IMG/VR virus record: IMGVR_UViG_3300042868_014220
Direction: 5' to 3' (one strand)
Origin: a virus
Lineage: Duplodnaviria > Heunggongvirae > Uroviricota > Caudoviricetes
Length of the DNA stretch: 57,824 nucleotides
The notes beneath the pieces were generated by a model, which saw only the letters and a program-made list of their open reading frames with translations, did no database searches and was not told the DNA's origin. Shown piece after piece: positions 36,596 to 46,222 of this stretch. Every line of letters begins with the position of its first letter. The stretch's first letter is position 1. Position numbers and translations under genes: made by a program.

Positions 36596-38416
36596 TTATC
36601 TCAATTCTCTTAAATCAAATGTTCTAACACCATCTACTGTAATTCTGCCGTAAAATCTATTATTCACCATTTTCTTAGCGTATCTGGTCATGATACCTTT
36701 GATTGGTGTAAAGTTAAACGGATTGTACATAGTTGGAGTTAATTGTAGGGGTACGTATGGTGCGTAAATGTAACCAGTATCCAATAGAGATGTGCCTTTG
36801 TGACCCATTAACACTTGGTTAGCTGGGAAATAAGGGTCTCTGTATACTTGGTAACGACCTGCCAATGTACCAACTCTTTCAATACCCATGTTGTATTGGT
36901 CTTGCTCAGGAGCTGCGTTTGATACGTGGAAATACTCCAAGTCATCAAAAATTGCACTGATTTCAGAAGAAACAACAATCCAATTTGCTCCACCTCTTAA
37001 GGTAGATTTGTGGATTTGAGCTGAAATTTGGTTGATTGCTGTAATCAAGGTTTGGTTCCAATCTTTTTGAGTGTATGGAACTGCACTTGAACCTAAACGT
37101 TTCCAACCATTATAATCCCATCTTAAGTTCCATGCTGCACCTTTACGTAAATCACGTAAGATTTCTCTGTCGATTTCAGCCGCAACTTGTTCTGATAATA
37201 AAGCTGTTAATTCAGCCTCAGCATCAATGTTGTGGAATGCTGCAACGTCTTGTGCCATTTCTGGAGACCATTGAGCTCTTAATTTTCTTTCAGTCACAGA
37301 AACTGTTACTGACAATAAGTCAAACGATACTTCACCAATTCTATCTTCAAACTCTAAGTTTTTGTAGATTCTGTAAGTTGCACCAAATGCACAACCAGTA
37401 GTTGTTAAATCACTAGATGTTGTTGAAGAGAAAGTTGAACCTGTGTAACCGTCCATAGAACCACCACAAGTGATACATACTGGAACTTGTAAGTCAACTT
37501 CTAAGTAAATTTTACCGTTAACGTCACATATGTTGTCGTATTGACCACCACCTGTTCTAGAGTTAGGGAAAGCTGCAGGGTCGTTAGCTGTACCGTATTC
37601 TACAATACCTTTACCATATTTTTGAGTTACTACTCTAAATAAATAAGGGTTAGTAGCATTTGCAGCTGTTGTTGGATTATTTGCGTTACCGTAGATAGTT
37701 AAATCAGATAAGAAAGATTCGTTATCCATTGGGTTACCATCAGGACCGATTAATTTACCTGCTGCTACAGTAGCAAAACCTTCCATAACGATTAACACTT
37801 TTCTGTAATCGCTTAGTCCATAACCTGAAGCAACTAATGAACTACCTACAGAACTCCACACAACTGTTGTTACTGGTGCAGTAATTGCGGAATATTGTCC
37901 TTTAGAATAGTCAAATAAACCTGGTGGGTCTAATGCTGGTTCGTTACCTTCATAAAATCTGTCATAAAGGTCTTTAGTTAAAGCGTAGTCATAACCTGCG
38001 CCAGGAGTAGCTTGTGTAGCGTTTGGTGAACCATACGGTGCGTAGTGGATACCTGTGTTGTTAGCTCCATCATTTTCGTATTTTTGAATGTTAGGTACGA
38101 AGTAGAATAACTTACCGATTGGTAAGTTCATAGCTTGTACTGAAACGATGTCGTTTGCTAATAGTTTAGAGAATACACGTCTAACAATTGGGAAAACCAC
38201 TGTTTCAAAAGCTCCTGTATCAGAAGTAGATGATGCTTCATTGATTAAGAATGATGCTTGGTTTTCGTATAATTGTGCTACGTTTTCTCTCATGTGACCT
38301 TTAAGACCTTCTAAAAAGCCTAATTTGTCCCATTTGTTGATTGTGTCTTCTTTGATAACTTTAAGGTGCTTAAGACCGATGTTACCGACAAGACCTGATT
38401 CTAATAATGCTCCCAT
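36596..38416 (-). CDS. gp23: Major capsid protein, T4 gp23-like
   Basis: KW...GFLEGL, VFPIVRRV, DIVSVQAM..P.G..FY, RKLRAQWSPE.AQD..A.H.IDAEAELT..LSEQ.AAEIDREI, YAPYVPL, GIMTRY. Confidence 0.95.
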   Translation of the reverse strand: MGALLESGLVGNIGLKHLKVIKEDTINKWDKLGFLEGLKGHMRENVAQLYENQASFLINEASSTSDTGAFETVVFPIVRRVFSKLLANDIVSVQAMNLPIGKLFYFVPNIQKYENDGANNTGIHYAPYGSPNATQATPGAGYDYALTKDLYDRFYEGNEPALDPPGLFDYSKGQYSAITAPVTTVVWSSVGSSLVASGYGLSDYRKVLIVMEGFATVAAGKLIGPDGNPMDNESFLSDLTIYGNANNPTTAANATNPYLFRVVTQKYGKGIVEYGTANDPAAFPNSRTGGGQYDNICDVNGKIYLEVDLQVPVCITCGGSMDGYTGSTFSSTTSSDLTTTGCAFGATYRIYKNLEFEDRIGEVSFDLLSVTVSVTERKLRAQWSPEMAQDVAAFHNIDAEAELTALLSEQVAAEIDREILRDLRKGAAWNLRWDYNGWKRLGSSAVPYTQKDWNQTLITAINQISAQIHKSTLRGGANWIVVSSEISAIFDDLEYFHVSNAAPEQDQYNMGIERVGTLAGRYQVYRDPYFPANQVLMGHKGTSLLDTGYIYAPYVPLQLTPTMYNPFNFTPIKGIMTRYAKKMVNNRFYGRITVDGVRTFDLRELR

Positions 38417-38457
38417 TTTAGTATTTGTTTTGTTTTTTTTAATTTATTTTTATTTTT

Positions 38458-39972
38458 TTATCCAAGTTTACCCATTAAATCTTTCATTCTTAAGAATTGA
38501 GGATTTTCATAGGTTTTTGATTCAATTAAAGTTGCAGATGAACCTGTTGTTACAGTTTTGTTTAATTTAGCACCTACTGATTCGTTAATTGATTTCGTGT
38601 CTACCTTATTTAATTCGTCTTTGATTGACTTATAAAGATTTTTAGATTCTTTTAAAGTTTCAACATCGTCAAATCTTCTAAGGATATTTATTTTTTCTTT
38701 TTTAGTTGTTGAGTGTTCTGTAAACAATCTAGTAGCGTAAGCTAAGTTTGAATTGAAGATAGCAACTTCGTTAAGTTTTTCTCTGAAAACATTTAACGCT
38801 TTTCTATATTCTTCATTTTTTTCTCTCAACATTCTAACTTCTTCTTGAGTAGATTCTGTTTTAACACCACTTTTACCATAAACATAGTTTCTGTTATTAG
38901 TGATACCTTTTCTTAATCCTCTACCTTCTTTAGAACCCATACCATAAGTTCTTGCAGCTTCTTTAGTTTCTATTTTTTCGAATGCCTTTTCTCCTTTAGA
39001 ATTTGTCATACCTTTTTTAGTTGTGTAATCGCCTTCTTTGGTTTCAGCTTTAACAACTTTAGATTTACCTTCCATGTTACCACCTTTTTTGTATTCGAAT
39101 TTAGCTTTACCTGTACCTACTGATTTAGGACCTTGTTTCATGTCTTCTTTAAATCCGCCAGATACTTTATTCTTATAAGAGAATTTTGGTCCTGTACCAA
39201 TTCCAACACCCTTAGGTTTAATGGTTTTCTTAACACTTTTAGATTCATACATTCCCATGTCATCATCATCCATGTTATCATCATCCATGTTGTCTTCTTC
39301 ATCCATTTCTTCTGTGTCGTCTTCATCTAAAGTAATTTCATACATAACTTCGTCTGAATCATCAACATCTGACATATCACTTTCATCAAAAATTGATGCA
39401 ATAACATTATCAAGTGTATCATCATTCATATCTTCAGAATCGTCTTCCATCATTTCGATATCATCGTCTTCCGTCATATCTTCAGAAGAGAAATCATCTT
39501 CCATAGATTCACCAAGCTTAACTAGATATTCTACATCAGAGTTGTCATCGGTTAAATGAATATTATCACCGTCTTTTTTTACGATAATTCCATCATTTTC
39601 ACCCATAGCTTTAAACACTTTCAAAATTTCTTCGTCAGAAGCATCAGTTAAATCTATTGGATTTTCGTCTGAATCCATATCCATGTCCATACCCATTTCA
39701 ACATCGTCCATATCTACATTATCTGTATCTATGTCATCATCTTCAATGTCCATATCCATTTCCATTTCATCATTATCAGCATCCGTATCAACGTCTGCAT
39801 CTATTTCAATCTCACCATCCTCGTCTTGCTCGGTTAGAGATTCTTTTACTAATTGACTGATTTCTTCTTTCATTGTAGATTGAAGTATTCCTTTTGCATT
39901 CTCGGCTATTGCTTCTTCAACTTGTTTCATTTGAATAAGAGCCTCTTGAACTAAAGATTTATTTTCTTTCAT
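38458..39972 (-). CDS. Prohead core/scaffold protein
   Basis: Directly upstream of the MCP; highly acidic, Met-rich; C-terminal coiled coil LNEVAIFNSNLAYATRLF. Confidence 0.75.
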   Translation of the reverse strand: MKENKSLVQEALIQMKQVEEAIAENAKGILQSTMKEEISQLVKESLTEQDEDGEIEIDADVDTDADNDEMEMDMDIEDDDIDTDNVDMDDVEMGMDMDMDSDENPIDLTDASDEEILKVFKAMGENDGIIVKKDGDNIHLTDDNSDVEYLVKLGESMEDDFSSEDMTEDDDIEMMEDDSEDMNDDTLDNVIASIFDESDMSDVDDSDEVMYEITLDEDDTEEMDEEDNMDDDNMDDDDMGMYESKSVKKTIKPKGVGIGTGPKFSYKNKVSGGFKEDMKQGPKSVGTGKAKFEYKKGGNMEGKSKVVKAETKEGDYTTKKGMTNSKGEKAFEKIETKEAARTYGMGSKEGRGLRKGITNNRNYVYGKSGVKTESTQEEVRMLREKNEEYRKALNVFREKLNEVAIFNSNLAYATRLFTEHSTTKKEKINILRRFDDVETLKESKNLYKSIKDELNKVDTKSINESVGAKLNKTVTTGSSATLIESKTYENPQFLRMKDLMGKLG

Positions 39973-39982
39973 TTATTTAACA

Positions 39983-39990
39983 TATAAATA
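39983..39990 (-). promoter_or_regulatory. TATTTAT late-type motif, 10 nt upstream of the scaffold ATG (second copy at 40047-40054)
   Basis: + strand TATAAATA twice. Confidence 0.6.
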
Positions 39991-40065
39991 TGTACCGAAT
40001 TAGAAAAATTCATTTCTAACCTGATATCATGTTTGTTTTTATTTACTATAAATATGTCCAAGCAT

Positions 40066-40089
40066 AAAAAAAGTGGTAATTAACCACTT
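40066..40089 (-). terminator. Second hairpin/terminator upstream of the scaffold gene
   Basis: AAGTGGT-AATTA-ACCACTT with an adjacent A-run (U tract on minus). Confidence 0.55.
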
Positions 40090-40106
40090 CAAATAATTTA
40101 ATAAAC

Positions 40107-40134
40107 AAAAAAAAAGTGGTCCGTAGACCACTTT
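40107..40134 (-). terminator. Intrinsic terminator after the DUF4494-like gene
   Basis: AAAGTGGTC-CGTA-GACCACTTT with a U9 tract on minus. Confidence 0.8.
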
Positions 40135-40137
40135 AAT

Positions 40138-40347
40138 TTATTCAATAACTTCATCAATTTTACTTTCAGAGACTGATGTAATTCTCCAATCATGAGTAAA
40201 CCCTTCATACTTTCCTGTTACCTTGGCTTCTACATCCGTTACAGAAAACCCTTTTACAAGTTTCTCTTCTCTAATTTTCTTAATTTTACCAGTTGTTTCG
40301 TCAGGTAAATCATACTGAACTTTTGCTACAAAAAATTTTTCTTCCAT
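40138..40347 (-). CDS. DUF4494-like small protein
   Basis: FFVAKVQYD...KKIREEKLV...SVTDVEAKV...ITSVSESKIDEV resembles the Bacteroidota DUF4494 family (from memory). Confidence 0.55.
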   Translation of the reverse strand: MEEKFFVAKVQYDLPDETTGKIKKIREEKLVKGFSVTDVEAKVTGKYEGFTHDWRITSVSESKIDEVIE

Positions 40348-40355
40348 ACTGTTAT

Positions 40356-41078
40356 TTATTTTCCCAAATAATCGTTCAATTTTTTCATTAAGTCAATTCC
40401 TTTGGTTTGAAATTCAGAATTTTCAGGTGATTTATATTTTTTTTCTTCTTCAATATTCTCGTCATACTTACTTCTATCCTCAGCATTACTAAATAAATAA
40501 GCCCCAGGAGTTGATGGAGATGATACCAAATCAAAACAAATTAATTCAAAATCATCTTGAACTTCATTTCTTTCACCTACTTTTTTTAAGGAACCTACCC
40601 CTCTTGAAGATACTCCCATTGTTACACCTTGTCTCATTAGATTAGCGGCTTGGTCTCCTTTGGTGGATACAATACCTCTCTCGTGAAATCCTGGTGAGGT
40701 TAACAATTTAAGTTTACCCATCAGAATGTTTGCTTCCCACCATATATCTGTGATAATGTGAGCTACTCGGTCTAAGTCAATTAAGGATGACTCAGGGTGA
40801 TTAAGTTCTGATGTTGATAAACCTTTGGCAATTGCCTTCTTGTAGTTCTCAGCTTCTCTTTTTAATATCCTTTCAGGATAGAATCTTCCATTTCTATTTG
40901 GAGTGTCATATTTTTGTAACACCGCATAAAATTCAAATGGATTTCTATAATCTAAAGTTGCTGCTTCCTTTAACATTATGGAATTACGAACATCTTTAGG
41001 AGAAACCCAACCTGCGTCTGTTTCAATTAATATACCGTGACCAACTTCATTTGCTTCTAAAATTCTTAACTTTTTCAT
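40356..41078 (-). CDS. gp21: Prohead core protein protease, T4 gp21-like
   Basis: PNRNGR.YP..IL, ELNHP, SLIDLDRVAH.I, GVSSRGVGS, FDLVSSPSTPGAY. Confidence 0.92.
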   Translation of the reverse strand: MKKLRILEANEVGHGILIETDAGWVSPKDVRNSIMLKEAATLDYRNPFEFYAVLQKYDTPNRNGRFYPERILKREAENYKKAIAKGLSTSELNHPESSLIDLDRVAHIITDIWWEANILMGKLKLLTSPGFHERGIVSTKGDQAANLMRQGVTMGVSSRGVGSLKKVGERNEVQDDFELICFDLVSSPSTPGAYLFSNAEDRSKYDENIEEEKKYKSPENSEFQTKGIDLMKKLNDYLGK

Positions 41079-41091
41079 TAATACTTTTTAT

Positions 41092-41099
41092 GATAAATA
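41092..41099 (-). promoter_or_regulatory. TATTTAT late-type motif, 13 nt upstream of the protease ATG
   Basis: + strand GATAAATA. Confidence 0.55.
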
Positions 41100-41118
41100 T
41101 ATCAATCAAGTATCTTTG

Positions 41119-41556
41119 TTAAATTTTTTTCTCTTTTGAAAGTGAAAAATCAAAGTATTTATTTTCAATTACATTATCTCTGACAATATTTTTTATAATT
41201 TTTTTAATAGATTCCTTTATTTCTGAAGATTTAAAATCCATTTCTTGATTGGTATATAAATTAACTTCTAAGTTAAAAAATGATTTTTTTCCGTGTAAAA
41301 TACCACTTGTTCTTAAGTCTAAATCTACAATACTTGTTTCTTTAAAAAGATTAGAATCAATTGAGTTAAATACTGAATGTTTAATTTCTCTATTTAGATT
41401 ACCCACGACCCGATTCCAATTGTCGTGTTCAAATTTGGGGGAAACCCAAGATTGGATGTTTATGTACAGGGATTTAAGATTCTTAGAATCTACAGTACCA
41501 TAGACCGATTTTATCGGACTATACAGATTTAACTTTACACTTTTGCCTTTTTTCAT
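41119..41556 (-). CDS. Hypothetical protein
   Basis: 145-aa ORF between the protease and bS21. Confidence 0.7.
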   Translation of the reverse strand: MKKGKSVKLNLYSPIKSVYGTVDSKNLKSLYINIQSWVSPKFEHDNWNRVVGNLNREIKHSVFNSIDSNLFKETSIVDLDLRTSGILHGKKSFFNLEVNLYTNQEMDFKSSEIKESIKKIIKNIVRDNVIENKYFDFSLSKEKKI

Positions 41557-41579
41557 TAAACTTCATTGATATCAATGTT

Positions 41580-41652
41580 TATTTATTTAGTGAAAAAATA
41601 ATACAAAATAATACCATTGTCAAAAAAAATTCAATAAATTAAAGTATTTGTA
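41580..41652 (+). promoter_or_regulatory. TATTTATT (41580-41587) and variant TATTTGTA (41645-41652) upstream of bS21
   Basis: Sequence inspection; no SD before ATG 41657. Confidence 0.4.
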
Positions 41653-41656
41653 TAAT

Positions 41657-41845
41657 ATGTTAGTAGTAAAAATAAATAATGGTGACCTTAGTAAGGCGTT
41701 AAAAACTTTAAAATCTAAAGTTATCAAAACTAAACAGAATCAAATGTTATTTGATAAAAAAGAATTTGTAAAAAAATCTGTTGCAAAAAGAAGCCAAAAA
41801 TTAAAGGCAACTTACATACAAAAAATAAGAACTTCCTTAGATTGA
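41657..41845 (+). CDS. rpsU: Ribosomal protein bS21 (phage-encoded, Bacteroidota type)
   Basis: MLVVKINNGDLSKALKTLKSKV.KT...LFDKKEFVKKSV.KR...KATYIQ follows the bS21 pattern (I..AL+.FK+K..K.G..+.L+.R..F.KPS..+R...KA.YIQ); ATG 41657 preferred over TTG 41648. Confidence 0.85.
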   Translation: MLVVKINNGDLSKALKTLKSKVIKTKQNQMLFDKKEFVKKSVAKRSQKLKATYIQKIRTSLD

Positions 41846-42535
41846 TTCTTCTAAGTTTTTTAACTTAAGAAAATTTAATTGGTCAAACTTTTCGGACTTT
41901 AATCTATCAATAGTTTCAGACAATTTTGTTTTTAACTCAAATTCCTCTTCTTTTTCTAAGATTGAATTAAGTTTACATATTGCACTTTCTCTAATAGTTT
42001 CAAATTTACCCTCAAGAGATTTTGTGTCTTCAGACATTAATTGAATAAATTCTTTTTTTGTTGTTTCATCTAAATTATCCACAAAATTACTTAAAGTTTG
42101 ATTTGCAATACTAACCATAGATTTTAATGGAAGATTAATTGATTCTTTAACAATGCTGGTTTTAGAAACTAAAACACTTGTGATGTTCTTTTTAGAATTA
42201 ATTCTTTCTAATAAGTTTAATTTATTAGTATAAACAAGAGTATCAATGTCAGAATATTTGTTCTCAATGTTTTCCGAAATAGTACTTGGTAATTTAATGT
42301 TCGGTAATAAATTTTGGATTAAACTAATACCTTCCTCTAAGAAATCCTTAGCGTCAGATTCATTTAGTCCTTGAGGAGTATTCAATTGGTCGTATAAAGA
42401 ATACAATTTAGACATATTTTTGTTATTCAAAACATTATGTTTGAATTCTTTTAACAATTTCTTGAATTCCTTTTCATCTTTGTAGGATTCAAAAAGATTA
42501 TTTTCAATTATGGATTTGATTTTTCCGAACGTCAT
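41837..42535 (-). CDS. Hypothetical head-associated protein
   Basis: 232 aa, between portal and bS21, many (I/L)xE(S) motifs. Confidence 0.7.
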   Translation of the reverse strand: MTFGKIKSIIENNLFESYKDEKEFKKLLKEFKHNVLNNKNMSKLYSLYDQLNTPQGLNESDAKDFLEEGISLIQNLLPNIKLPSTISENIENKYSDIDTLVYTNKLNLLERINSKKNITSVLVSKTSIVKESINLPLKSMVSIANQTLSNFVDNLDETTKKEFIQLMSEDTKSLEGKFETIRESAICKLNSILEKEEEFELKTKLSETIDRLKSEKFDQLNFLKLKNLEESI

Positions 42536-42552
42536 TTTAAGTGTGGTTTCAA

Positions 42553-42560
42553 TATAAATA
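42553..42560 (-). promoter_or_regulatory. TATTTAT late-type motif, 17 nt upstream of ATG 42535
   Basis: + strand TATAAATA abutting the portal stop. Confidence 0.6.
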
Positions 42561-44414
42561 TTATGAGTTTAATAACTTATCCAATTCTTTTGAAATTTCT
42601 CCTAAAGAATCTTGTCCTTGTGATAAATTTAAGAATCTTGAGTTCTCACCAAAATTACTTTCTAACAAAATATTCATATTAGCAATCTTAGATTCTGGTG
42701 TTACCTCACCTCCTGCTGGCGGTGGTGGTACCTCTCCTCCTTCAGGTGGTAATGGTGCTTCTCCTCCTGCAGGCGGAGGTGAGCTAAATGCTTCCATTCC
42801 TGTTGCTCCTCCTTCTTCACCTCCTCCTGTGGTTGCAGTTGCGGTTGCAGTACCTCCTGAATTATTACCATATAATTTATCAATATTATCAAATAAACCT
42901 GTTTTGGTGATAACGGTAGGAGTTGCTTTAAGTTCTTCTCCAACAGCTCTTTCAATTCTTTGTTGTTGTAAATCTAATCTGATTTCTTCGTCGGACCAAT
43001 TAAAGATATGTTTTTTAGCCCAAGTTGAAGATGTTGCTTGAATACCGTTTCCTGGGTCGGCAACCAAATCTTTATATAATAACACTTTTTCTTTCCAAAC
43101 GTCAATCTTTAATAAGTCTGCTTGGGTAGATGGATTAGATAATCCTAATGTAAAGTTTTGTAATTCGTCTTCAAACCCTAATAAAAATAAGTGAACAATT
43201 GCAATCTTATTAAGTTCAGCAATCATACTTTTTTGAATTCTGTTAATTGTACGAGCAAAACGAATATCTTGTAATGATAAGTTTTTACCATCACCAACAA
43301 CTTCCTCAAAACCTAAAAATGCTTTAGGAACACGAAGAGCCGTTAATAATTTCTTTTGGATATATTCTATATCAGCAATCTCTGATAGGTTTGTTGCTCC
43401 TGGTAATGTTGTAATTGGGTCTGGTGCTGCTGGGTCACGAACAGGAATAAAATAATCTTGGTCAACAGCCATTTGGTTGAATCTCATATCCACATTACCT
43501 GTCTTTGAATCTACAACTTGTTCTCTTTTAAACTTATTGGCAACACGATTAACATACGCTTCAACATCATCGTCATTCATATTACCTACGAATACTTTGA
43601 ACATTCTTCTTTCAGGTGCTCTTGAAGTTCTATAAATTAACATCGCATCTTCAGATAATAATAATTGTTTCCAAATACGTCTTGCCTTTTCTAACATTGA
43701 AGTACCATAAGGAAGTTTTCTATCGTCACCCAATAATCTAAAGTGACCGACTTCCCACGATTGGAACTCCATATTTCTATTTTTCCAAGTAAAGTGAAGA
43801 GCTTTTTTGTTCTCGTCTTTTTCTAAGGTGATATCTGTGGTAATTCTTGCACTAACACCAATTTCGTGACGTTCAATTTCAATTGTCGGTAATTGTTGAC
43901 AACCAATAATACCTTTTTCAGGGTCTAATTTTAAATAGATAAAATTATCACCATACTTACAAGTATTTCTTGTCCACATCGGTAGGTTGGTATTAATATC
44001 TAAGTTATTGTTAAATAAATCCGCTAATACTGATTTTATACGTTTTGATTCAGAATAAATTTGAAGAATAAAACCATCTTCGTTTGTGGTTGTTGATTCT
44101 TCTGCATAAATGTCTAATGCTGCAGAAATCTCAGGGGTATACTCCATTGATTCGTAATCATATTGAGCGGATAACCTTGACGGTTCATAATAAATCGCTT
44201 GGGAATATAAATTGTTTTCAACCTTTGCCCATTGATTTGTTAAATAAAATGTTTGTTGTGCTTGAAGTTTTTCTCTTTCAAAATCGTCACGATTTGTTGT
44301 ACGTAGAAGTTCAGTTTTGTCAAACTTAAATGTAGGATAATCCTGTTTTAATAATGAGTTTGGTCCAAATGTTTTGGACAACCTCTGCCATACTGTTGAA
44401 TTATTATCGCTCAT
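42561..44414 (-). CDS. gp20: Portal vertex protein, T4 gp20-like
   Basis: PEISAALDIYAEE, KYGDNF, LPYGTSMLE.AR..WKQL.L.EDA.LIYR..RAPERR.F, DYFIP, ITTLPG..NL.EI.DIEY.QKKL..AL.VP. Confidence 0.93.
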   Translation of the reverse strand: MSDNNSTVWQRLSKTFGPNSLLKQDYPTFKFDKTELLRTTNRDDFEREKLQAQQTFYLTNQWAKVENNLYSQAIYYEPSRLSAQYDYESMEYTPEISAALDIYAEESTTTNEDGFILQIYSESKRIKSVLADLFNNNLDINTNLPMWTRNTCKYGDNFIYLKLDPEKGIIGCQQLPTIEIERHEIGVSARITTDITLEKDENKKALHFTWKNRNMEFQSWEVGHFRLLGDDRKLPYGTSMLEKARRIWKQLLLSEDAMLIYRTSRAPERRMFKVFVGNMNDDDVEAYVNRVANKFKREQVVDSKTGNVDMRFNQMAVDQDYFIPVRDPAAPDPITTLPGATNLSEIADIEYIQKKLLTALRVPKAFLGFEEVVGDGKNLSLQDIRFARTINRIQKSMIAELNKIAIVHLFLLGFEDELQNFTLGLSNPSTQADLLKIDVWKEKVLLYKDLVADPGNGIQATSSTWAKKHIFNWSDEEIRLDLQQQRIERAVGEELKATPTVITKTGLFDNIDKLYGNNSGGTATATATTGGGEEGGATGMEAFSSPPPAGGEAPLPPEGGEVPPPPAGGEVTPESKIANMNILLESNFGENSRFLNLSQGQDSLGEISKELDKLLNS

Positions 44415-44442
44415 ACTCTAAATTTACTAATTACCTTGATAA

Positions 44443-44450
44443 TATAAATA
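44443..44450 (-). promoter_or_regulatory. TATTTAT late-type motif, 28 nt upstream of the portal ATG
   Basis: + strand TATAAATA. Confidence 0.6.
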
Positions 44451-44451
44451 G

Positions 44452-46215
44452 TTAGCGAGCACCAAATAACCATCCATATTTTTGGTAATCGGCTTTAGTA
44501 GCTGCACCATTATTGTTCAAAGTATTATCTCTACCCATTTGTGGTATCAATGGGTTAAAGAATTCTGATGAATTTTTATTTTCATTTACCGTAGTCGCCC
44601 AAGAATTTATCATAGCCTTTGTATGATTGGTTACTTTCTCTAAAGATTGAAAAGATTTTTCGGCAACATACAATGCCATTGAAACCCCCATGATACAGTC
44701 GTCGTGATGATTTTTTTGATGGTCAGGTCTTCCGTTAATATAAATGAAAGTATTCATTTCATTATACAATCGGTTTGAATACACTTTAAATCCGTGTCTT
44801 ACATTTTCTTCAAATGCGGATATGATTTGAACTCTTTTTGAGTTAAAGTTAATCCCCGGTATTTTGTCGTTAATTTTTGGGTCCCATTTCCATTTATTCG
44901 TGGTATCAACATTATCAACATATAAACCACCTTGATAACTTAATTCTTGGAGTTTTCTTGCCGTAGAAATACCCATACCCCCCGTGATATCAATAACACA
45001 ATAGGCGTTATACATTGTTCCCCACTTATAAGCAATCTCTGCCAATACATCTGGTGGAACCTTGGCAACATATTCCAATACCTGTTCTCTTTCGTCAAAA
45101 TCGATGATTTGAATACACGAGAAATCCTCAGAGTCACCACGGGATACATCCACACCCATAACATACTTATGTCCGTTTACAGGTTCTTTAAATATCCATA
45201 ACGAACCACCCATCAGTTTAGCTTGGGGGTCACGTAATGTGTTTTTGGCAATATCTTGCATCAATTCAGATTCAAATACGTTATCACCTGAACCTAAGAA
45301 GTCACACTCTAACTCCTGAGCAACCTTTCTCCTATCAAATTTTAACTTTTTAACCATACCCTCAAACCAAGATGAGCATGGTTTATATCCTTGAGCAATA
45401 TAGTCGGTTACAACTGAATGGTCTCTTTCATATGGGTTTTCCATAGATAAATCAATCACATCTTTAGTTGTATATTCTTCTCGATTTAATAGAAAGTGAA
45501 CCAAATCATTAGTTTTAACCATATACAAATCTTTTGTATATCTTGGGTCACGATACCAAAACATCTCAGATATTTTGAAATCGTTCATATTTCTTAATGA
45601 TTGGTCGTAAATCTCATAATAAATTGCATCGTATCCGTTTGGTGTGGATACAACAATAACTTTACCACCCGTAGATAGTGAAGCCATACAGGCAGACCAG
45701 AAATCTCCGTCTGCTTCAATAAACGCCGCCTCGTCAAATATAAGGATTGTTGGAGTATAACCCCTCAAAGCATCCTTTGATGTTGCAACGGCTTTAACTT
45801 CACAATCGTTAGTTAACTTAAAATGTCTTTGTGAATTTTTTTCTTTTGAGAACCCTATTCCGACCCATGGAGGCCATTGTTCTGTAAAGTTTCTAATTTT
45901 GTTAGCCATCTCGACGGATGTATCTAACTTATTGGCAATGATTAGGATTTTTTCGGGTTTGTTCTTTTTGGCAAACACCAATTTTTTTGATGCCCATGCA
46001 GCGGTAACTGTTGTTACACCCGCCTGACGATACTTTAACGCAATATTTTCATTGAATTTATCGTAATCATCTATTAAACTAACTTGGTCGGGGAATAAGT
46101 CCAAAGGGACATATTTGGATACGGTATTATCGTATGTTTGTAAGTAGGTACGAAGTGCATAAGGAGTATTCCTCATACACTTCGTAGCTTCAATTATTAA
46201 TTGTTCTTTATTCAC
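44452..46215 (-). CDS. terL: Terminase large subunit
   Basis: LKYRQAGVTT (Walker A variant), IFDEAAFI, VSTPNG, AQELECDFLGSG, YVMGVDVSRG, HHDDCIM. Confidence 0.93.
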   Translation of the reverse strand: MNKEQLIIEATKCMRNTPYALRTYLQTYDNTVSKYVPLDLFPDQVSLIDDYDKFNENIALKYRQAGVTTVTAAWASKKLVFAKKNKPEKILIIANKLDTSVEMANKIRNFTEQWPPWVGIGFSKEKNSQRHFKLTNDCEVKAVATSKDALRGYTPTILIFDEAAFIEADGDFWSACMASLSTGGKVIVVSTPNGYDAIYYEIYDQSLRNMNDFKISEMFWYRDPRYTKDLYMVKTNDLVHFLLNREEYTTKDVIDLSMENPYERDHSVVTDYIAQGYKPCSSWFEGMVKKLKFDRRKVAQELECDFLGSGDNVFESELMQDIAKNTLRDPQAKLMGGSLWIFKEPVNGHKYVMGVDVSRGDSEDFSCIQIIDFDEREQVLEYVAKVPPDVLAEIAYKWGTMYNAYCVIDITGGMGISTARKLQELSYQGGLYVDNVDTTNKWKWDPKINDKIPGINFNSKRVQIISAFEENVRHGFKVYSNRLYNEMNTFIYINGRPDHQKNHHDDCIMGVSMALYVAEKSFQSLEKVTNHTKAMINSWATTVNENKNSSEFFNPLIPQMGRDNTLNNNGAATKADYQKYGWLFGAR

Positions 46216-46222
46216 AAAGACA

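Noticed and set aside
36596-46215. Inteins, introns or homing endonucleases in the head/packaging genes
   Set aside because: ORFs are continuous and of plausible length; no intein splice motifs or LAGLIDADG/HNH/GIY-YIG motifs were recognised.
44452-46215. Terminase Walker A lacking the canonical Lys (KYRQAGVTT)
   Set aside because: LKxRQxGx(S/T)T variants are, to my knowledge, common in this terminase subfamily, and Walker B, the coupling motif and nuclease Asp residues are intact.
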